A stretch of DNA of 64,000 bases from Octopus sinensis (GCF_006345805.1 NC_043004.1:15748001-15812000), one strand, 5' to 3'; numbered from the stretch's first letter, positions 40,912 through 55,402 are shown. Program-made: numbers and translations. The notes: generated by a model from the sequence alone, not told the origin.

Positions 40912-43740
40912 AATTTTTTAAATAAAATATGGTCCGTTGTCTTCTGCTGAACAGGGGTTATCCCTTGACCCTAAGGTCACAGCAGGTCCTCATCTCATGG
41001 AGAGTACACGACGTACATGTGTGTGGGACCTAGCAACACTATTTTATGAAGTTCTCCCACGTTAACACTGCAAGGGAGCTTGTTGAGCTGCTTATCAAGG
41101 CCCTTGTTAATTAGTCCTATCGCTCCAATCACTACTGGTGCTGTGCTGCTTTTCTTTCCCCACACCTTGGTCACTTCTGTTTCTAGGTCTTTGTACTTGA
41201 ATAACTTCTCAACATTTCTAATAGACACATTTCTCTCTCATGGTACTGTCACATCTATCATTAAGCATTTCTTATTCCTCCCATCTTTGATGATTATGTC
41301 CGGCCTTTATGCCTTCATTTCTTAATCGGTGCTGATAGTATGTCCCAGAGTACTGTTACATCATCTTTTTCCGTTCACAGTTTCAGGTTTATGCTGGTAC
41401 CATCTTTCTGAAATTGGAAACTGGTAGTGTTTACATATCTTCCAATGGATATATTGCGCTACTCTATCGTGTCTATGAATATATTTGGTATTTGCTAGTG
41501 CTGTGCATCCAGTTGAGATGTGTTCCATTGTTTCATCCTGCTCATGATACATTCTGCATTTTGGGTCAGTGCCATCGTTCATTATTTTGTTGTGGTAAGC
41601 CATGGTTGCCAAGCTTTGATCTTGTGCTGCTAAGATAAAACCTTTGGTTTCAGCCTTCAGTCCTGAGCTCTTCATCCATACATGAGTGTCTCGCTTTTCT
41701 ATGTCTAGTTTGTTCACTTTACATGGGTATCGGCCATGCATCGCTTTTTATAGCCATTCTTCTTTGCTCTTCTTCTGGGCTTGTTTTTTCATCTCTTCCT
41801 TAGCACTTTTAGTAAACTGGGTTACTTTCTCACTCGCCTTCATCCTTGGTTCCTCTGTCATCAGTTGTTTCTTAAACTGTGCAGATTGTTTGTATACCGA
41901 TATAGCTTCTGTACTTTATCACACAGGTGCACAAGCTTCATTAGAGTGTCTTTTGAAAGCTCAAGATATGTATTTAAACCTCCAGTGGTGGCTTTGTAAG
42001 ATAATTCTAATTGAGTTAGTCCTCATCCTCCCATGCTTCTCGGTAGATAAATCCTGTTCGCGTGCACTTTTGGGTAGTTCATTCGAGCCATGGTTAGCAG
42101 ATTTCTGGTCTTGGAGTATAGCTTCTTTATTTTGCTCATTTGCCAGTTGATTATGTTGAAACCGTAAGCTACGATTGGTGCTGCAAGAGTGTTAATGGCT
42201 TCTATGTTGCTTGCAGAGTTGAGTTCAGTCTTGGTTATTATCCGTACTCTCCTGTAGTACTCTTTTCTAATCTCTTTCATTGCTGAATATTTTATGCCGT
42301 TACTTTCGTCTATGACAAGGTATTTAGATGCTTCTTCCTGGTCCAGTGTTCGGATTCTTGCTTCTGTATCTACGTGAATATCCGCAGAACATGCCAGTTC
42401 GCCTCTTATGAAAGTGGCTTTCGTGCATTTCTCCAGTCCAAACTGCATCCTGATATCATCACTGAACTTTTTTAACTGTGGCAAGTAGACCTTCTTGCTG
42501 TTCGTCATTTATTGAGTACATTTTCAGATCATCCATGTAGAACACATGACTCTCTTTTTCCTTCTCGATCTCATATCCATACCCGGTTTTGTTGAGCATG
42601 GTGCTTAATGGTGCTATGGCCAAGCAGAATATTAAGGGTGACAGTGAGCCTCCATGGAAGATACCACTTTTGGTTGTGATTGGTCCGCTTGTTATTGATC
42701 CACTGGAATGGTTCGGCGACAACGTAGTTTCCCATATATTCTTCGCTGTGTTTCATAAATTTGATGAGAATTGGGGATACTTTGTATTCTTCTATCACTT
42801 TCAGAATCCATGAGCGAGGTACACTATCGAACACCCTTTATTAGTCGATCAATGGTGTGCTCAGGTTTGTTTTCCTGGTTTTGCAGTCTTCAAGGATCAT
42901 TTTGCTTATCAGCAATTGGTCCTTGCACTCGTAACTACCTCTTCGATAATCTTTTTGTCCTTGTTGTAGTAGGTTGTTTTCTTTTGGTATGTTCTTTCAT
43001 TGATTACAGATGTTAATATTTTATACATTATTGGTAGACAGGTGATTGGTCGATAGTTCTTTCGGTTTTCCGTGTCATTTGTTTTTTGGTATTAGGTATG
43101 TCACTCCCTGTGTCAACCAGTCTGGGTTATTTTCTGGGTTTTTCATGACTTCGTTGTATGCTGATGACATATCGCAATGTGTATCAACTAGCTGTTTTAT
43201 TCAGAAGTTTGGTACTTGACTTATTCCCGGTTACTTCCAATTGCTGGCCATTTTCAGGGTCAGGGTGACCTCCTCCTTGTGAATATCTTTCCATTCCTGA
43301 ACTTCTTCATTTTCTAGATGTGTTTCTTGTTCCTTAATCCAATCTGCATATTCATTATGTTATTTTTCATTTTCCCATCCCACACTCCAGAAATTTTCCA
43401 TATTCTCTTTCTTTGGCGGTTGCTCAACATTTATTTGTTGTTTACCAAGTTCCTTGTAAAATTTCTTTCCTTCATCTATAAATAATTTGTTTTGTCTAAA
43501 TTGTTTGCTTCTCTTTATATATAGTGACAGTCGTTGTGCCTTTGCTTGGATTTTTTGCTTTAGGTTTCCATTTGCGTCAGGTATTTCATTTTTTTTTGGT
43601 TTAATCCCATGCATCTTGCATATTTTCTTGGCTTTTCTTTGGTTGACCTGGTTTCCGTTACTTATTGCGGCTTTTCTTTGGTTGACCTGGTTTCCGTTAC
43701 TTATTGCTAGGAAGTTATATATCTTACCTTTGAGCTTCTA
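40911..43740 (-). mobile_element. Dong/R4-like site-specific non-LTR retrotransposon (RT plus restriction-like endonuclease), decayed
   Basis: Minus strand: FDSVPRSWI, GIFHGGSLSPLIFCLA, HVFYMDDLK, DIRMQFGLEKC, IYLPRSMGG, MHGRY, FILAAQDQ, CCHC-like KCRM..ETMEHISTGC, RHD and PDIIIKD..IDVTVP..EKLFKYKDL. The 3' end abuts (TAA)n, the established Dong target and tail type. Confidence 0.88.
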
Positions 43741-44074
43741 CTTCAGCCATTGAGCTGTAGACGTGCTGTGGCACCGCCTTGATAATGTAATATCTTCCTC
43801 AAATACACTGTCAAATAGTCTAACCCATGAAACCTATAATCTTATAATCATCACCAAAACATCCCTCTCCACTGGGCGATATAACATTAATACGTCCAAA
43901 AGAATATATTTCTGCGAATATGCGTACAGATGTCAATGTTATAAAGATTGTTATTAAAGTATATTCATAAGAAACCCGCTCTTTTACTAGAGATTTTATG
44001 GTAATGGATTTCGACGAAACACAGAAATTTATCTACACAAATTTATAACAGAATATTGCAAGTTATTCTACTGT

Positions 44075-44347
44075 TTTACTTGTTTCAGTCATTTGATTGT
44101 GGCCATGCTGGAGCATCGCCTTTAGTCGAGCAAATTGATCCCAGGACTCATTATTTTTAAGCCTAGTACTTATTCTATCGGTCTCTTTTGCCGAACCGCT
44201 AAGTTACGGGGACGTAAGCACACCGGCATCGGTTGTCAAGCGATGTTGCGGGGACAAACACAGACACACAAGCACACACACACACACACACAACACACAC
44301 ACACACAAACACCCACACACACACATACTCGCACACACACACACACC

Positions 44348-44438
<91 letters not shown>

Positions 44439-44763
44439 GTATATATATTATATTAAATTAGAAATACAACAACTATTAGGCAAATCAAACAATGAAAAAC
44501 ATAAGCCAAAACATAAAATTAATTTTATTTATATTATTTAAAAAATATATCAAAAGTATTAAAAGTTTATTAATACTTTTGATATATTTTTAAAATAATA
44601 TAAATTAAATTAATTTATGTATTGGCTTATGATTTTCATTGCTTGATTTGCCTAATAGTGGTTTTATCTCTAATTTAATATAATATAATATATTTATACT
44701 ATAAAATTGGATTTAATCCTAAATCTGATTTTTCCCTGTAAGTTTGGATTTATTCCCTAATAA

Positions 44764-44798
<35 letters not shown>

Positions 44799-44955
44799 GA
44801 CGGGCTTTCAGTTTCCATCTATCAAATCCACTCACAAGACTTTTGTCGGCCCGTGGCAATAGTAGAAGGCACTTGCCCAAGGTGCCAAGCGGTGGGACTG
44901 AAACCGGAAATGTGGTTCGTAAGCAAGCTACTTACCACAAAGCCACTCCTACGCA
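44075..44955 (-). mobile_element. SINE family B interrupted in its internal microsatellite
   Basis: Tail half 44075-44280 and head half 44795-44955 are collinear with 47465-47893 and separated by the fold-back insert. Confidence 0.8.
44443..44768. repeat. AT-rich fold-back element (~120-bp arms plus tail) in (TA)n
   Basis: atattatattaaattaga...caaaagtattaa / ttaatacttttg...tctaatttaatataatat. Confidence 0.85.
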
Positions 44956-45154
44956 TATTATGTAAATTTTATTTCGCAGAACAAAGTCCATCATCATAGA
45001 AAATCACTACTGTGACAATTAAAACAGAATTGTACACACACACACAAGCGAGCGCATACACACACTCACACACATACACACACACACATACGCGCGTGCG
45101 TATCATTGGTAAAATTTAAATTCGAAAGAGAAGCATATACTAAAATATAAAGCA

Positions 45155-45380
45155 GTATATAATATAAGGTTAGATAAGGCCGGTTTAGGGGATTACCATG
45201 TGTTTCACATCCATAAAGCGCTTAGCTTTATGGCGTATGATCAGATCCCAAAGCCTAGTCTAGAGAGGCTTTAAGCCAACAGGTTTTAGGATCTGACGAT
45301 ACGCATAAAGCTATGAGATTTATGGACGTGAAAACCAGAGTAATCTCACAAACCTGCCTTACCTAAATTTATTTATATTA
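45155..45380. mobile_element. Fold-back pair of degenerate hammerhead motifs
   Basis: Minus 45189-45249: GGGAT CTGATCA T ACGCCATAAAGC..GCTTTATGGATGT GAAA CACATGG TA ATCCC. Plus 45288-45346: GGAT CTGACGA T ACGCATAAAG..TTTATGGACGT GAAA ACCAGAG TA ATCT. Confidence 0.65.
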
Positions 45381-47464
45381 TGCATTTATATATATGTGTG
45401 TGTGTGTCTTTATATTCATATCCATACACACCCACACATATACACGCTGAATATAGTTATACATACAAGCGTACATGAATGTACATGCACATTCATATAA
45501 AAAAAAAAGAAACTCAGACACTCACACACGCACATATATATATATATTAATAAATCTTAGGGTAGCAAAATAATTTTAGAAAAATTCTTTGCTACCAGTG
45601 GTCTAACGAGAATGAAAAATTAGTCAGTAGACTATATATTATTCATAGAAAAATACAGTGTACATTTAAACACATAACAGATGACAATAATAGGACACCT
45701 GACTCACTAGAAAGAGCAGTTAGACTCCAAACCACTAATAGTTTATTTATATAACTCTTCACCACATGTTTACGCAACAATTATTACTTGTCTTATGGGA
45801 CATATAATATTTTCAATTCTGTCACAGATGTTACGAATTTGCTGATGAAAATTGAATCCAATGGTACCAAAACCATTACATAATTAAACATGTTCTATAT
45901 ATTTCATCAATACTCACAGGAACTGAGCTATGATTAGTTATATATTAATGTGTTACGCTGGCTGCATTTATGAAGTATTACTTTGGAGATTTTGTCAATC
46001 ACGAATGTTTGTGTGTAAGCGAAAAAACTATGTTCCGTATTTCATACTGGCAGTATCGTTCGTTTCCTTTTCGATATTTGCTAATTCTCTGTTTACCGTT
46101 TTACTGGGGTCATTCTTCCTGATTACACACTCATAAAACGTACACTTGAAACTTTTAGGACCACAAACGCATGAAACTGAACAGGCAATTTATCTAGATC
46201 CGTATTCAATGTACAGCATAAAACGCTTCTATCATATTAGCAAGTGACAGGTAAAGCCTATCTCCATTACATTGACACGGGTTTGCGGAATATATAAGAG
46301 TTTAGTTTCGCTAACTTTCAATTATGTATACTGATGTTGCATTAAGCACTGTCACGAGAATATTAGTTTAAATAACCTCCTATGCAGCTCTTTTATTGAA
46401 CTCATATGAATTGAATTACTGCGATGTCCTCGAAGTTTCTAGCTTATTGTTACACGCTTATGTCAAAATGTTAGTTACATGAATTGTATTTCACTAGTGC
46501 ATTTATAAATATCTGTACCTGACGTATGTGTGTACATGATTGTTTATTATACGCGTACTGCATCGGTTTCCTGCAGAATATTTTATTTTCATATCTAGTT
46601 TCATTCAATTATGCATGTAAATGCTGGAGTGAATATATTGCAATTCAACTACAAATATTTTCTAACAAAGTTTCATGCTTTTTCTGGTGGAAATGCTGCC
46701 TTATACTGGCATAGGAATGTTCCATATCTAAACTGCAAATGAGGATGTAAAACCGATTGCAGAAAAGTATCATAGACAATCTTAATATTGTGATTATGAA
46801 GCTCATAATTTCTGATGCGGTGTCAGGCAAATGTATGTGTGAATATTGATGTAGTTCATTTGCGCTCCAAGCTAAGTAAGTTATACTGTACATAGCAACA
46901 CCTCAAGTAACAACATTAAAATACACAAAAGATGCCCTGCCGAATAATAAATCAATACTTATATCAAAATTATCTAACATCCACATTAAGCATTGACGAT
47001 GGAACATCTTAATTGATGGAGGACATATTTTAACCTGTGTGATCACAAAGCTAATCACAACCATAATGGCAGTTGCTGCTTATTCAGTATATACACTAAG
47101 ATGGTAAAAGGAATACAAATTTCAAGATTACATAATGGTATTTTATAGATTATACTGTATTTATATGTATATCAGTAAGATATATTAACTTTGTTAAAAC
47201 GATTCCATATGGCTCTGCCCTACAACAGCAGGAAAGTAAGAAAACATACCCACAAATGAATAAACGTTCTCACACTATCACCCATTTAACAGTTTAACGA
47301 TTTTGTTTTTGTGTCGTACGTTGTACGTAACTCCTTTAATGTCTCACTTGCTCTCAATTGAAAAGTCCAGGTTGAACGTTGGTTTCGTACTAAATGCTCT
47401 CAATTATTGAAAGAAATTATCTCTCAACAAATATTGTATTACTCATTTCCGAATTATTCTTTAT

Positions 47465-47696
47465 TCTTTTATTATTTTACGCGTTTCTGTCATTTGACTG
47501 TGGCCATGCTGGAGCACCGCCTTTTTAATCGAGCAAATCTACCCCAGAACTTTTTCTTTGTAAACCTAGTACTTATTCTATCGGTCCCTTTTGCCGAACG
47601 GCTAAGTTATAGGCACGTAAACACACCAGCATCGATTGTCAAGCGATGTTGGGAAGGCAAACACAGACACACAAACAAGTACACGCACATACATAT

Positions 47697-47732
<36 letters not shown>

Positions 47733-47893
47733 CGACGGGCTTCTTTCAATTTCCCTCTACCAAATCCACTCACAAGGCTTTGGTCGGACCGAGGCTATAG
47801 TAAAAGGCACTTGCCCAAGTTGCCACGCAGTGAGACTGAAACCGGAACCATGTGGTTCGTAAGCAAGCTCCTTACCACACAACCACTCGTACG
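47465..47893 (-). mobile_element. SINE family B, full length
   Basis: Minus head gagtggttgtgtggtaaggagcttgcttacgaaccacatggttccggtttcagtctcactgcgtggc; tail gtgctccagcatggccacagtcaaatgacagaaac. Confidence 0.82.
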
Positions 47894-48064
47894 CTTAAAA
47901 ATTTTAATATTCATTATATGCACTCATTTTATTATATCTAATATATTTTGTGATATATACTCAGAGAGTTCGCTTTGCACTTCAAACATCTTGCATCGAT
48001 ATTTTTATTTAATGAGATTCTAAATTGACCTTGTCGTAAACATCTACTGTGTTGTAGGTAAATA

Positions 48065-48268
48065 TCGATCTCCACTTTTGGCAGAAGTCCAGCAATTTCG
48101 GGGAGAAGAGTCGAGTACATGGGCCCTAATGTTCAACTGGTATTTATTTTATCGACACCGAATTGTTGAAAGACAACGATAATCTCCGCTGAATTTGAAC
48201 TCAGGAGGATGCAATGCCGCTAAGCATTTTACCTGGCGTACTAACTATTCTCCCAGTTCGCCGCTTTA
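48065..48268 (-). mobile_element. SINE family A
   Basis: Minus strand starts aaagcggcgaactgggagaatagttagtacgccaggtaaaatgcttagcggc..gagttcaaattc. Confidence 0.75.
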
Positions 48269-48961
48269 ATGTAAATAGATATTGATCACAAGATCTATTA
48301 TTGGCTTAATGAAAGATATTAAGACTTTTGATTGGCTAAATTCCTTTTCCAAACCTTTTCACAATGGATGTGACTAAAATAAATTGCTCTTCCGGTTCTC
48401 TGGTGTCAACCTCTGTGCAGTCGATTTTTATTCTATGATCAAATGGGTGCTTGATGAAAAGTGTGGTGTTTCTGTACGACGTTAAGCACGAATTATGACT
48501 AAACACCTATGCCTATAAAACATATGTTACATGGATTGAAGTACAGTTGTCCGTTAATCTTACTTTCACTTGTGATATACGTAACTAATGTAATCCCTTA
48601 TACCCAAGAATTGGAGCATGTGATACCTTTTAAGAATAGGTCTTAATCTTGTGCTGGAATAGTTAAATGAGAATACCAATAGCTGATTTATATATTTATT
48701 GATATTGCTACAATATAAATAAGCAACTTATTATATGATAAAAAAATAATCATATAATTTTTTTTAATCCTATAATTATATGATTATTATATGATAATAA
48801 TCATATAATCACGAGCAACCAGTTCCAATTACTACGCAAGCGCAACCATATACTTTTAAGTGTGTGTATACATAAAAGCATACATATGTGTGTCTGTCTG
48901 TCTGTGTCTGTGTCTGCGTGTATATATATATATTTATCTCTCTCCCTCTATCTCTCTCAGC

Positions 48962-49000
<39 letters not shown>

Positions 49001-49710
49001 ATATATATATATTATATATAATATATATTATATATATCTGTGTGTAGTTATATTATATTCCGTTAGAAAGGCGGCAGAATACGGTCTAAAGCGCATCCAT
49101 CTTCAGACTTACCTAGTACTATCGGTAGTATTATTAGCTCCGGTCTATTTTTCATAGTTCGTTACACATGTGAATCTTTTAAGCTGACCTTTAGTATTGT
49201 GGACGGATATATACACAAAGAGAAAGTTACACATACACTCTCCCACAAAAAGCTATGTATATATCCCTTGGTACACATACACGCACTCGCATATATATAC
49301 ACATACACGCACTCGCATATATATACACTCTTATACATATACCGTATGCATGCACATATGCATATCTATATATAGGCAACTATATATACGTGTATACATA
49401 CACATATATATATATATATTTATATATATACATATATATATATTTATATATATACATATATATACACATATATATATATATGTATATATACATATATATA
49501 TACATATATATATATGTATATATACATATAATAGATAAGAAAGTTTGTTTGGTAAAGCACGTGGGTGAATATATAAGAAAATAGTAAAGAGTGAAAAAAA
49601 CGACAGAAGGCTTAAATGTTAAAAATATATATATTTGCGTAAAATGTCTGGAGAATATTGGAATTTTTTTTTTCCTTTCCTTAAAATGACATAATTTTAT
49701 AATTTTACAT

Positions 49711-49839
<129 letters not shown>

Positions 49840-50229
49840 AATATATATTATATTATACAGATATTGTCAATAATAAAAGGGTAAAACTAATTAATTTTTA
49901 ATTAATTTTACCAAGTAGTGTTCAGTATGTAAAAAGACCATTTACGGTATATTTCAAACATTACATTATAAAAATAGGGTTCAGTAAAATAATTTACTTT
50001 ACCACACACTGAACTTTTTAGAAATAGCAGCCAAAAATTTTAGCTATTTCTTCAAATGTAAGAAAAATATCCCAGTACTTGTTGGTACTGGCGATCTGAT
50101 ATGGTTTGTCTGGGATTACTCGTACCATTTTTGAGTATATATACAGATATATATATATATATATATAATATATTAATACACGTACATATGTACATACATA
50201 CACAGATCAGGATACAGAATTATGCACAT

Positions 50230-50267
<38 letters not shown>

Positions 50268-50490
50268 CACTTTCGCATTCGTGGGTACATGTGCACACCC
50301 ACACACATACACATAGGTAAGTAAGCAAATCTACCACTTTGACTTGCACATACATATAGCGAAGTGCGTGTGTGTGTGTACGCACTCTTAGACACACAGA
50401 CACACATACATACATATCTCTCTACCTCAGCCTTGCCTGCTGACTCTCACATGATCACTCCGATAGATGTAAACATATATGTGTGTGTAT

Positions 50491-50828
50491 GGCGCATGGC
50501 TCAGTGGTTAGAGCATCGAGCTTACGATCGTGAGGTTGTGAGCTCGAATCCCGGACCGGGCTGCGTGCTGTGTTCTTGAGCAAAGCACTTTATTTCACGT
50601 TGCTTCAGTTCACTCAGCTGTAGAAATGAGTTGCGACGTCACAGGTGCCAAGCTGTATCGACCTTTGTCTTTCCCTTGGATAACACTGGTGGCGTGGAGA
50701 GGGGGGGTTGGTATGCATGGGCGACTGCTGGTCTTCCATAAACAACCTTGCCCGGACTTGTGTCTAGGAGGGTAACTTTCTAGATGCAATCCCATGGTCA
50801 TTCATGACCGAAGGGGGTCTTTACCCTT
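50491..50828 (+). mobile_element. tRNA-derived SINE family C
   Basis: A-box TGGCTCAGTGG and B-box-like GCTCGAATCC in a tRNA-like head followed by a non-tRNA body. Confidence 0.85.
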
Positions 50829-50914
50829 TATATATATACACACACACATACAAAAACACACAGACACATACACACACACACACACACACGTTCCCATCTC
50901 CAACCTGATGTGAT

Positions 50915-50957
50915 ACACGGATCCGAATTTCTGGGTATTAACCCATCATCAGCGTGT
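50915..50957 (-). ncRNA. Compact type I hammerhead ribozyme motif
   Basis: Minus strand: ACACG CTGATGA TGGGT-TAAT-ACCCA GAAA TTCGGA TC CGTGT. Intact core, perfect stems I and II, AUC triplet. Confidence 0.85.
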
Positions 50958-50996
50958 GACAAACACCGGCACCCCAGGGTCACCTTCACTCATTAC

Positions 50997-51032
<36 letters not shown>

Positions 51033-51044
51033 GTAGAGAGATAG

Positions 51045-51075
<31 letters not shown>

Positions 51076-51125
51076 GATAGATAGATATAGATATGTATGT
51101 GTGTGTACAGATATATATATATACG

Positions 51126-51164
<39 letters not shown>

Positions 51165-51338
51165 GTACGTTTAAATATTTATTGTGCAAATATTTGATGT
51201 GGTCACAGGAGTGTGACGAAGAACTCTGGCCGAAATAAGATTAAGATGACTGTAAAAAATAAATAACACTGAAGCAAAATAACACCAAACATATAGTGCG
51301 TTTTTTTTATTGGCTAAACTGGCAATATGACCATTCCG

Positions 51339-51395
<57 letters not shown>

Positions 51396-52506
51396 ACATA
51401 TATATATATATAAGTGTGTGTATCAGAGCACGTTTGTTTTCTATTACGCACTTATTTAAGGACGGCTAAATTTTAAATGATACTGTAGTAAAATATGCGG
51501 AAGATTCGTACGGTAGTTACCTTTCGGAACGTATCTAATTGAATTGCTTTTCTAGCGATATTTTTTCCTGTTTTAATTTGTGATATATTCGGAAGCATTG
51601 TCCTTTGGTAAATAGTATGCGGGGAAAATGAAACTTATCAGTCATATATGACGAAATTCTATTTTACACTTCATTGATCATAGAATTCAAAGAACGTCGA
51701 TGGTTTCCATGTTCAAATAAATTTCGTAATGATCATCCATAGCGCAAGTACTCTATTTATAGAAAAACTGCTCTTTGTCATATATAAGAAAAATAATCAA
51801 AATGATGCATCTTCAAACGTGATGGTTCGAATATGGCTGACGTGTCCGACAGTGTGACTGTAGTATTTTTTGCGCAAAATTTTGTATGTTTACAGTTGTT
51901 TAATTATATTTCCCTTTTTCTTTTCTTCCTTTCGTTTTTATATATTTGAGCTGCTCATTGTTGAATATTCTGAGATAATGAAGTTTAGGCAATTATTTTT
52001 ATTCCTGATAGATTACAATCGTACAGGTATGGGATTCAGGAATAGCATTTACTGATAACTTAATATTAAGGATATCCCTGAAGCCTAATTAAATTTGACA
52101 TCTTTCTTGAGTTTTCCATTTAGTCTTTTAAGTTTGTCTAAAGTATTTTGTAAAGAACGTGTGCTATAAGTAGATATGCATATCCCTAAGCTAGCATATA
52201 TACATATAATATATGTAGATATGTGTATCTAACGATGTCTACATAGACATAGGATTTACAGGGAGACTAAGAAAGAGAGGCGGACCGAAGAGGGCAGATC
52301 GACAAAGATGGGGGAAGAAAAGGGAAACGGAGAGAAAGGGAAGGATAGATGAGATAGAGAGGACATATATATGTATATATGTGTGTGTGTGTGTGTATAT
52401 ATGTATATATATATATATATGTAGGTCCCGGGTTCATTCGGGGTTAACCACAGTAAATAAGGTACTCAATACATAGCAGAGTAAAATTAATTTATTATAT
52501 AGAAGG

Positions 52507-52557
52507 AGCTTCTACAGGACTAGAACTGTTTCATTCAAGAGAAATCATCAGGAAGCT
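52507..52557 (-). ncRNA. Type I hammerhead ribozyme, left end of palindrome
   Basis: Minus strand: AGCTTC CTGATGA T TTC-TCTT-GAA T GAAA CAG-TTCTAGTC-CTG TA GAAGCT, followed by AATAAA. Confidence 0.82.
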
Positions 52558-52844
52558 AGTTAACAAGAATTGTTTTGGCATTTATACATTTAGGCAGGTT
52601 TAAAGGGGTGGTGGTGGGGGACTTTTTGGGGGTAGGCATAGTGCAAACATATCATACTTTGGGGAGTGGTCAAGGAGTCAGTGGTAAAGTAGATAAAAGA
52701 ATAAATAAAAGAATAAAAACATAAATAGAAGAATAGAGTTTTAGGTAAATAAGGAGACTCTCACTTATACATATACACATATGTATATATATACACACAC
52801 ACACATATACATACCACATATACATATAATAATATATATATATA

Positions 52845-52889
<45 letters not shown>

Positions 52890-54360
52890 ATATACACACA
52901 CGCCCACACATACATATACATACAATATATACATACCACACATACACTTACACACATACACACACATATATACATACACACATGCACACACATGTCCATA
53001 TATACATATATATATATATATATATACATATGTGTACCTATACATACCTACACATACACACATATACATACACATACAAACCCATTCCCTTATTTTAATT
53101 TTATTATTATTTTCATTTATTACTTTTGTTATCTTTGACCGCGGTCACAAACATCTTGGCTATCGTCCCCCTGGGGACGACAGCAAGTCCATTTATCTTT
53201 TTACTCGAACACAAGCACTCACTCACGCACGCACACTCATTCGCACGCACACACACTCATTCGTACACTCATACACATACACGCACGCACGCGTTATATT
53301 CATACATACATACATCTACATACATTCACATATATACACATACGTACGCGTACCTACAGATTCATGTCTACACGCTTACACATACATACCTCAATACACC
53401 CACAGAAGACTAGTCCATACATATACACCAATAAATATATATACACATATACATATACACCTACATACACATACATACACATACACATATATATAAATAT
53501 ATACATACATATACATACACCTATACATACATACATATATACACATACACACACCCACTCATATACATATACATATATATACACACATACATACACATAC
53601 ATATACATATATATACACACATACATACACATACATATATATATATATATATACATATATATACATACACACACATACACATATACATGCATATACATAC
53701 ACACACACACACACATGCGCATCCATATATACACATAAGTACACACATGCGTAAAAGTATACATATATTTATACATATGCTTACACATACACACACACAC
53801 ACGCGCCTCCTTATGTTCAAATACTTACATGCATACTCCAAAAATAAATAATAAAATATATATACATGCAGTTATTCATATACATACATGCTACTCAAAA
53901 AATAAATAATAAATATTAAATCTATACGTGCAGTTACCTATTCTACAGACGGATACATACAATAAACTTACACAATATACCTATTTACACATATGTATAT
54001 ATCACACATACATACATAACTCTACATACCTACATATACATAAACACACGAGCGTACACGTATATATACATATACATATATACATACATATACATATACA
54101 TACATATACTATATATATATATAATGCTAATAACAATGGATAAATTTGTCTTCTGTGAGTAATAATCCCTCATCATATCTATGGAAATTCAAATGGATTA
54201 GGTCACCTTCTCTGTGATGCTACCAAAACTTTTTTAAAATTCTGTGATAAACTATGCATCATCTTAAAGAACTTTAATGAACTTTAGAAATCTGTTTAAT
54301 ATCTACATTACTTCATGAGTATAGCCTCAAACACTAGGATGTCTAGAGAACTTACATGTA

Positions 54361-54449
54361 TTTTAGCTGAGGATACGGGACTCGTTTATATGCTGTAATC
54401 TTTGCAACTTTAATAAAACCTGTCCTTGTATGAAACGATCGTACTAAAA
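54361..54449 (+). ncRNA. Type I hammerhead motif with long stem II
   Basis: TTTTAG CTGAGGA TACGGGAC..(~40 nt)..GTCCTTGTA T GAAA CGATCG TA CTAAAA; palindromic stem III. Confidence 0.72.
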
Positions 54450-54669
54450 ACCTATCCATCTTGTGTTCTTCTTTCTCGCATATATATATATATATACATA
54501 TACATACATATACATATACACACATACACATATATACATATACATACAAGCAAACATATACACACACATTCACATATATATATATATACACACACATACA
54601 CATACACACATATATATATATACATGCATATACACACATACACACACACACATATGTATATATACATAT

Positions 54670-54718
<49 letters not shown>

Positions 54719-55402
54719 CATATGTGCGTATGCATACATACATATTCATACACACACACACATACACATACACACATATATACACACGTATATACACATA
54801 AGTACATACATGCATAAATGTATACATATTTCTATACAAGTGCATACACATACACACACTCACGCGCCACCTTATATACATAAATACATACATGCATACA
54901 AACGCATACTCAAGTAATAAATAATAAGTAATAAGTAATAAATAATAAATAATAAGTATATATACATGCAGTTACCCTTTATACAGACGGAAACATTCAT
55001 ATAAACATACACATATATATATATATATACATACACATATATACATATATATATATATATATATACATATATACACCTATCTACACACATGCATATATAC
55101 ACACATACATGCACATACGTATAACTCTACATACCTACATATACATTATATATATATATATATATATATACCATCTACACATCTGTATATACACACACAT
55201 ACATGCACATACACATAACTCTACATACCTACATATACATCGACACACTAGCGTACACTTATATATATACTAGCGTACACTTATATATATATAAGTGTAC
55301 GCTAGTGTGTCGATGTATATGTAGGTATGTAGATTTATGTGTATGTGCATGTATGTGTGTGTATATACAGATGTGTAGATAGGTATATATATATATATAT
55401 AT

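Noticed and set aside
43630-43708. 39-bp tandem duplication
   Set aside because: Simple local duplication inside the decayed Dong/R4-like element; no independent significance.
45930-46893. Hydrophobic short ORFs, possible GPCR or membrane protein remnants
   Set aside because: No recognisable motifs; expected by chance in AT-rich DNA.
50491-50566. tRNA gene
   Set aside because: Has A/B boxes but no proper acceptor stem, and continues into a SINE body related to the 32.3-32.6 kb copy.
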